Shown: positions 61,401 through 64,000 of the stretch, piece by piece | How positions within the stretch are numbered: the first letter of the stretch is position 1 | How the letters are laid out: the number at the start of each line of letters is the position of its first letter | NCBI GenBank assembly: GCA_004764695.1 | Contig: SMSO01000034.1 | Span: 1,178,001 to 1,242,000, forward strand | Origin: Schizochytrium sp. TIO01 | Lineage: Eukaryota > Protista > Bigyra: Labyrinthulomycetes | Direction: 5' to 3' | DNA: 64,000 nt | Made by a program: the position numbers and the translations under genes | Notes under the pieces: generated by a model | What the model was told of the DNA's origin: nothing | Database searches by the model: none | Seen by the model: only the letters and a program-made list of their open reading frames with translations

Positions 61401-64000
61401 GAAACAATGGCTAGTTCCTCCTCCTCATCGTCTTCTTCTTCGCAGGTACTGGAGCCTAAAAAAATATCTGAAGGTGACAGTACATCGGTACGCAACAATG
61501 AGGATGCAGATACGATGGTGGTTGATGAGGTCGGAGAATCAGCGAGACCTTCTTCTACTACTTCTTCAGCAATTCCGGAAACTTCTGGTAGTTTAGATAG
61601 CGAGATCAAACCTGCTGAAGATATTACAGAACATGATGGCAAACTTGAAAAGGAAAATATCATAACAGAAGCCAGTACCTTGGTACCTGACCAAGATAGT
61701 TCCAGTAAAATCGTGGGGAAAACGCAGGAGCCCAATGGCGATGCAGAAGCGCCAAATGCTGTGATTGAGCCGTTCGTTATGGATTTTGAAAAGTGCAAGA
61801 CCCAGTTCGCTTCGCTGCTGAAAGATCGCATCAGTCAACTGTTTCGGAACCCAGTGGACACGTCTGCTCCGGGTTATGAAAATTACTCCAAGCTTGTTTC
61901 AAACCCAATGGATCTCAACTCCGTGATGGAGAATCTTGAGGATGGCGAGTATGAGGGCCAAGATGCGAACGGTGATCCAGTGGTCGTTGGCTCATTTCTC
62001 AGAGACTGTGAGCTTGTCTTCCTGAATGCAGGTCTTTTCTTTGCTAAAGACTCGAAAGAGTTTAAGCAGGCTGAGAAATGTGAAACAAAGTTGAACTCAT
62101 TATTAGGCTTGGAAGATAGTCCTCATATTCTCCAGGGCATTGCAAAGTCCTTGCGCAAACTTCGATTCTTGCGAGGATCCCAAGAATTATTCGATGAGCT
62201 CATGGAAGGTCACGCAGAGATTGTCGCACGCCTTGAAGCGCTTGACTCTGCGGAGTCTGATACGTTTCAGAGTGTTCTTGGGAATGAGAAACTGACGTTC
62301 AACATCATTCGTTCAAGAATTATTAGTGGTGAATATGAACGTGATGCTGAGGCCTCTTTTCGTCGAACTCAACGCAAAGGATCCGGGGGTACGGCCAATC
62401 CAAAACAGCGTGGTCTTGGGTTTGCGCGGGATATGCGTACAATTATCACTGCCTATCTCGCGGTATTTAACCCAATTTCCCTTGAAGCTGAGCAGATCAA
62501 TGGCTTGAGTATTGCATTTGAACGTGGGTTTGCTCCTCTGCTGCACGATCTCAGTGTTTCTCGAATGGTTTGGCTCGGCGAGCGCATATTTGTTGCGAAT
62601 CAATTACGTGGACTTGTGCCAGCCCTGGTAGCAGGGTCTGCGTACTCTAACAGCACCTTGGCGTTTCGTGTTCTTATGCATCCAGCGCAGGAACGAACAA
62701 TGTGTCTTTGGACGCCGGAAACACTGCAGGACTATGAGCTTGAACTCGGGCGTATGAACATTAGTAAAGGAGCGAAGCAACGCTCCCGTGCCGCTTTGGA
62801 TGTTTCCGCACTGCCTCGCTCTATGTATGGTGTGGACTGGGTCTTTGCGGAGGACTTTGAGTTCGTCACAGCCCTGGAAGCTAAGCTTATGACACGATCT
62901 TCCGAGCCCTCCACACTTCAAAAGAAGAATGTTATGAAACTCGGGGCTTCATTGCGTTCTGACGTTCGGCAACTCGATGCCAAGCGCAAGGAAGTCCTTA
63001 ATGCAGAAGTTGCGGCAGGTAAAAAGATTCTGTCGAAGCTACAACCCTCATCAAACCCCGATGCTAACGGCGAAGCCGCTCCAACTGCACGTCGTCGTGC
63101 TCGTAAGATGAAAATTATCACTGGTGATGTTTCACTCTCTTCGAATCCTATTCGCAGCAGCCTTGGCACTATTCCAATCTTAGATATCCTTCGTTCGTCG
63201 AAGGATACTGTACCAGGAGTCGTGCGAGCTCTTGAGAAAGAAGTTTACCTTATGCTTCGCAGTAAGCGAGCCCCGCAACTAACAGAAGAACTCAAAAAAG
63301 ATGACCTAGATACCGCAGTTGGCCTTCCTGACGACCTACCCAAAGGCATTCGGTTTGAGCCTCTTGGTTACGATCGTAATGGAAGTACGTACTGGTATTT
63401 TTCGATGGGATCTTCAGAAGCAGCCGCAGAAATCGGATCTTTTGTTTTTGTCTGCCTGTCTATCGAAGGTCAGGAGAAACTAGAGCAAGATTTGCTATCG
63501 ATGCAAGGGCAAGCGGCCTCGATCTTCCCTACTTCGTCGGCCGACAGTATTGGTCAGCAAGGGTTGTGGCTGATGTATTCTTCCCGTGCACAGATTGAGG
63601 CTCTCCTAGCAGCTTTGTTCAAAGGCCCAGAAGAGGAAAAAAGAGTTTATGACGCATTGTTAGGTCACTACAAAACTATGATTGCGTCCATGTGGCGTTC
63701 AGGAACTGAATACATGGCACTTCCTTTTACTTCATCTCGATCTGAATCCGCACGTGTGCGCGTGTTTGAAATTAATAATAAACCAGACATAGCAGTGCAT
63801 CTATCAAGTACCCCACTGTCTTTTGGAGGCGCACCACTAATTGTAAATATTTGTGAGCGAACTCCTGTCGCACGTGAGGTAAAGAACGCCAGTGCCGGTA
63901 CAAGAAATTTGTCAGAGCTCCACAGTGCGCGCAAAGCCCAAGCGACTCCTCTACGTGTGGGCGATGTACTCATGAGCATTGGAGACTTCTCATGTGCAGG
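52446..64000 (+). CDS. Giant (>=3850 aa, 3' truncated) DDT-WHIM-WSD chromatin regulator with RFTS, Tudor, ARID, 2 HMG boxes, about 6 bromodomains and a possible PDZ
   Basis: Translated by hand from ATG 52446 (MKRRRSIRG...). No stop in the segments translated; absence from the ORF track fits an ORF running off the window. Motifs: bromo PFAEPVD..DYFDVVKQPMDLGTI; Tudor GARVEMLWPDDGVWYPATV..LQYDD; DDT VYIFFQCFAEQLG..PFSLAEFAAAV; ARID INLYTLYTLVKARGG..WKQIA..LRDIYSRYLLLYE; HMG SPYFFFARE..RWKTMS and TAFTFFVSE..KWKLMSEEERAPY; WHIM1 DYASLTPHVKLCILERLCE; WSD RFEPLGYDRNGSTYWYF..WLMYSSRAQIEALLAAL. Confidence 0.92.
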   Translation, partial: MKRRRSIRGEPEAAAPEATAPEATAPEATAPEGSLPVAHVANDAVDAGLWDWSASTEEEVQRALSDYVVLGVKSDGSRQFVSLKELDVKEGSTFESFCAYGGLVAEPEALRQGPPREETTFSTQESMAAAATATAAPVAAAAKAAGSKFETREVLPIEMARKIVDGLLADDESLPFAEPVDAEGLGLADYFDVVKQPMDLGTIKQGLVTGDYLPQFSVVVAAAEAAPHAKAEKGSSSAVPASNGSNSKKSKTGTKQTPKKAKPSASKSSSKSSKRKGSRRASRIASEDDMLLDEVEEADESDGALLKTKSKGRAARSSSSPTSSSGADAILSAYPGLEGWVDAEKLNTHLKLVFSNCIAYNQNGSPIVASARLMMEHRSRLWYRHGSKNTVTINIQGNVLDNAAVASLQAAAAQAVASLVPSGSSALAQRVYIPNVVDYMIEYGVGGASHSLWLVAEPKEEEQVELLEETSDRRSGRGRSRSDKGGSNNKKKKPTTKVATPVEEPKCTFYYRIACVSYNNEYVPKLEPAASYAYYSEQTVANFHFCARLVHELRQRLQLKDSILDSVESPSATLLKAAVWCNEVGAPLRPNTVSFLRQNGTFIEEQVASVGPHLTKAYGVVDFLRKMPELDDDYLNALFPLPEPATVSAPALFDEELFRKQFTTTSSSGGHGNSNDDRMLLGISSEATSSTSNASSSSTADGLHKQERSTTETIVNGSNETATSARAEDYGYINLGTEVDADAERGTIKRGYELPKPQLYSFLVDPIASAKALDELPKVMSDKPKINSASVAGAPTVPTAVPTAAEQGNVTSAKLMAPTKQGQDLLGARVEMLWPDDGVWYPATVVRYRPKTELHLLQYDDRNELEWCDLNSGSTLECTWRFIPGYQNKTQHTFDSHNLVGVMPCQHGPIEKICVPPSLLGPITRVYIFFQCFAEQLGWNIRPFSLAEFAAAVLSKSVRTNRAKEPQSIAAELLLCINLELLNLVMSEHIEDSEAFAQFKRTHKDVEIPKPVTVLPPTSSDEGSIVRWAFDQVGRAVQDISVLALMDRDKEGRRFSDGASWQDLKNEVHDMMRDPGWFATRPEFLESICRFYVEVVKWKPNCAPRLQGIPINLYTLYTLVKARGGFRVIESRQTSDEIWKQIADQLPNFSDDEIDEEIIGPDLRDIYSRYLLLYERAYLGHAAHAKLRMGSKVLLRNGESTDGAPIGLSLLAPNPLEGLPTHSTCYVAAAHASFNDDADDDADEDIQAGVASSTTQGAKKTSPYFFFAREQWDNSMSFADCSRLLTNRWKTMSDTEKSKYVRMAAVEDEEVDDVVSSQRKVANNKLFPKRKREKVRKKGRTAFTFFVSEVLKGAHQESHPGEKDRTIVKSVFTEIAKVSADKWKLMSEEERAPYRELAREDALVVEEAHRRRAELEARQNRARTGYTPPNIPSINTTIATRGAPVFTAQPDTHFRLVSSTPVFLPANPVLHSLQLQSKKPSDEHFNVKPARVGLNFFSMNDWTWQEFLVEVFCRMEGIENPRSSAAHRKPRKSHQEEKKDDDDHMEDEDTHGASNKSPTNSDPGEELETSSLKQNKDQDESTDSAAEDAGEYDLKEEEAKEDQFWEIAPPSIAGQDSSASLFVEEESEVEDEAGVVDECERLLEALISHPLAAPFVEPIEPSQPGMRNYARVVAEPISLSEILERLRAGFYQCDAETMELEAFVSDLRMVWSNGMKFYKQGSEVYDDIQHLSTLADERLEGILEMDRATEHETSKKLDKFVDRLIQLSDDQQRSVYESILSKFPISHGPGPKSSKRKPHEELKRLRLRYPRKVVGRYALNVISRDEDAEAFLEPVDTSLRGLEDYEEIIKRPMDLGTISRRLEDGFYDYYASADRSTLAPKFLRDVKLVFNNCIEYNGETSGIGRAADRLFDLFQKLLLAGKAPGYSAMETMPVVGSKQSMSATGEVLRPVKRVLFGVCEVIQPEDDQHVSHAINYAVSSTEKPKMVSSSSSVPVTSNSNGVSNQQKPIDDTPNEDAVMTEASKDKSNSENSKTAAEVTATPIPEDQVSNPRGEPAVTLNEDSKAQPKVHSSAPVTEASISPTGDEAKDPESNSDPLDEPLPPRESFPDVCEHLLDEVTELRVYKKTMESSGVGAELEEARRKLKGGEYSLNEVGEIGNDFIRDIRAMLSKWHASVTSPNDKTAVSELTEQLEQNYAIGLRDNATSKWAWVGEKILWLDVRVQPPIIKQAQIQDYYAPPKYRYKHMRSKTDFYRLRVQVETEPNMMPLNLWTDQTIAHRLTKGLNSYANSYGVHWTFSSDKEASEALVDANALSDVDAHEVDDAALDLDDLEDEENEDDDDDDDDNGEENEDDEDAANTQTSSALKGSENDVRETSSSSSEALPLGQKVVSEMLEFWSPEDMPSVEVSMSPKELLNEILSNDYASLTPHVKLCILERLCEHVVNTFPVRVGIAMAMGIRKPERFDLGPKEESELILRGRRSRVRSRKADDADSEDGNFTISGVAATVPESASKRQTRGKRVKYQELEDLDDALGIEEEESEPEEQKETKQSRSRSSRTRSKTEDVPEEDSVENPTPQTRGSKGKPQKSTDSSAKAEVTEDIIATPRHNTRSRRSSRTRTMKLENDVLAQDGEDEPEKAEVDETPAAASAHQSRRSTRNSRSAPPSSSRRKSAATVAEDEVEEAPVRRGRGGLRKTPVAKASVKGVEEKGNESADEQLDESEFDAMDVEDKTPARSTRRSARTRGSSKNKRAASATPARRGRSQKQAEESEDEVLLEDEVDADGIQGEDEEEYEEGEHGRSKTRSSRRSSAVSRRQSARTRRKTELFVAEPHSYTKTKSGEELRRSSRKSARGQKRGRFADVDSNDEIMSIDEDNTIDPEILIAIQQKDSLQEIMQTYVLQESESLLKAEIDLEVAAWQPQRSFLKVADFDASRTLNEDHTIQSDRDHVNVTVAKETAVESNDGTAVASQDKDAEIEPNAVAIPEGETMASSSSSSSSSSQVLEPKKISEGDSTSVRNNEDADTMVVDEVGESARPSSTTSSAIPETSGSLDSEIKPAEDITEHDGKLEKENIITEASTLVPDQDSSSKIVGKTQEPNGDAEAPNAVIEPFVMDFEKCKTQFASLLKDRISQLFRNPVDTSAPGYENYSKLVSNPMDLNSVMENLEDGEYEGQDANGDPVVVGSFLRDCELVFLNAGLFFAKDSKEFKQAEKCETKLNSLLGLEDSPHILQGIAKSLRKLRFLRGSQELFDELMEGHAEIVARLEALDSAESDTFQSVLGNEKLTFNIIRSRIISGEYERDAEASFRRTQRKGSGGTANPKQRGLGFARDMRTIITAYLAVFNPISLEAEQINGLSIAFERGFAPLLHDLSVSRMVWLGERIFVANQLRGLVPALVAGSAYSNSTLAFRVLMHPAQERTMCLWTPETLQDYELELGRMNISKGAKQRSRAALDVSALPRSMYGVDWVFAEDFEFVTALEAKLMTRSSEPSTLQKKNVMKLGASLRSDVRQLDAKRKEVLNAEVAAGKKILSKLQPSSNPDANGEAAPTARRRARKMKIITGDVSLSSNPIRSSLGTIPILDILRSSKDTVPGVVRALEKEVYLMLRSKRAPQLTEELKKDDLDTAVGLPDDLPKGIRFEPLGYDRNGSTYWYFSMGSSEAAAEIGSFVFVCLSIEGQEKLEQDLLSMQGQAASIFPTSSADSIGQQGLWLMYSSRAQIEALLAALFKGPEEEKRVYDALLGHYKTMIASMWRSGTEYMALPFTSSRSESARVRVFEINNKPDIAVHLSSTPLSFGGAPLIVNICERTPVAREVKNASAGTRNLSELHSARKAQATPLRVGDVLMSIGDFSCA
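52473..52541 (+). repeat. In-frame 15-bp tandem repeat encoding (APEAT)n
   Basis: GCGCCCGAAGCAACG x3 plus degenerate flanking copies. Confidence 0.9.

Noticed and set aside
52399-63979. Many short minus-strand and off-frame ORFs listed in the track
   Set aside because: They are shadows of the giant + strand CDS.

Overview
Eukaryotic nuclear DNA with large, apparently intron-free genes (~50% GC) separated by AT-rich spacers rich in microsatellites. This organisation and the gene content (DLEC1 flagellar protein, Rheb, NRAMP) suggest a flagellated stramenopile protist such as a thraustochytrid; this is inference only. Genes in order: NRAMP transporter (+), STE11/MAPKKK kinase (-), Popeye/cNMP membrane protein (+), TPR-PDK1-like kinase-CPPED1-like pseudophosphatase fusion (-), decayed Fanzor2/TnpB-like element (-), RimK-like ATP-grasp ligase (+), NWD-type DUF4062-NACHT-TPR gene split by a +1 frameshift (+), divergent Rheb (+), DUF4050 protein (-), sulfotransferase (+), DLEC1 (-), GT10 fucosyltransferase (-). 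A giant ORF of at least 3850 aa (52446 to beyond the window end) is missing from the ORF track. It encodes a chromatin reader with a DNMT1-type RFTS domain containing a nested bromodomain, then Tudor, DDT, ARID, two HMG boxes, more bromodomains, WHIM/WSD and a possible PDZ. The most notable items are this giant protein, the kinase-pseudophosphatase fusion, the Fanzor relic and the frameshifted STAND gene. All domain calls are by-eye motif recognition; no searches were run.
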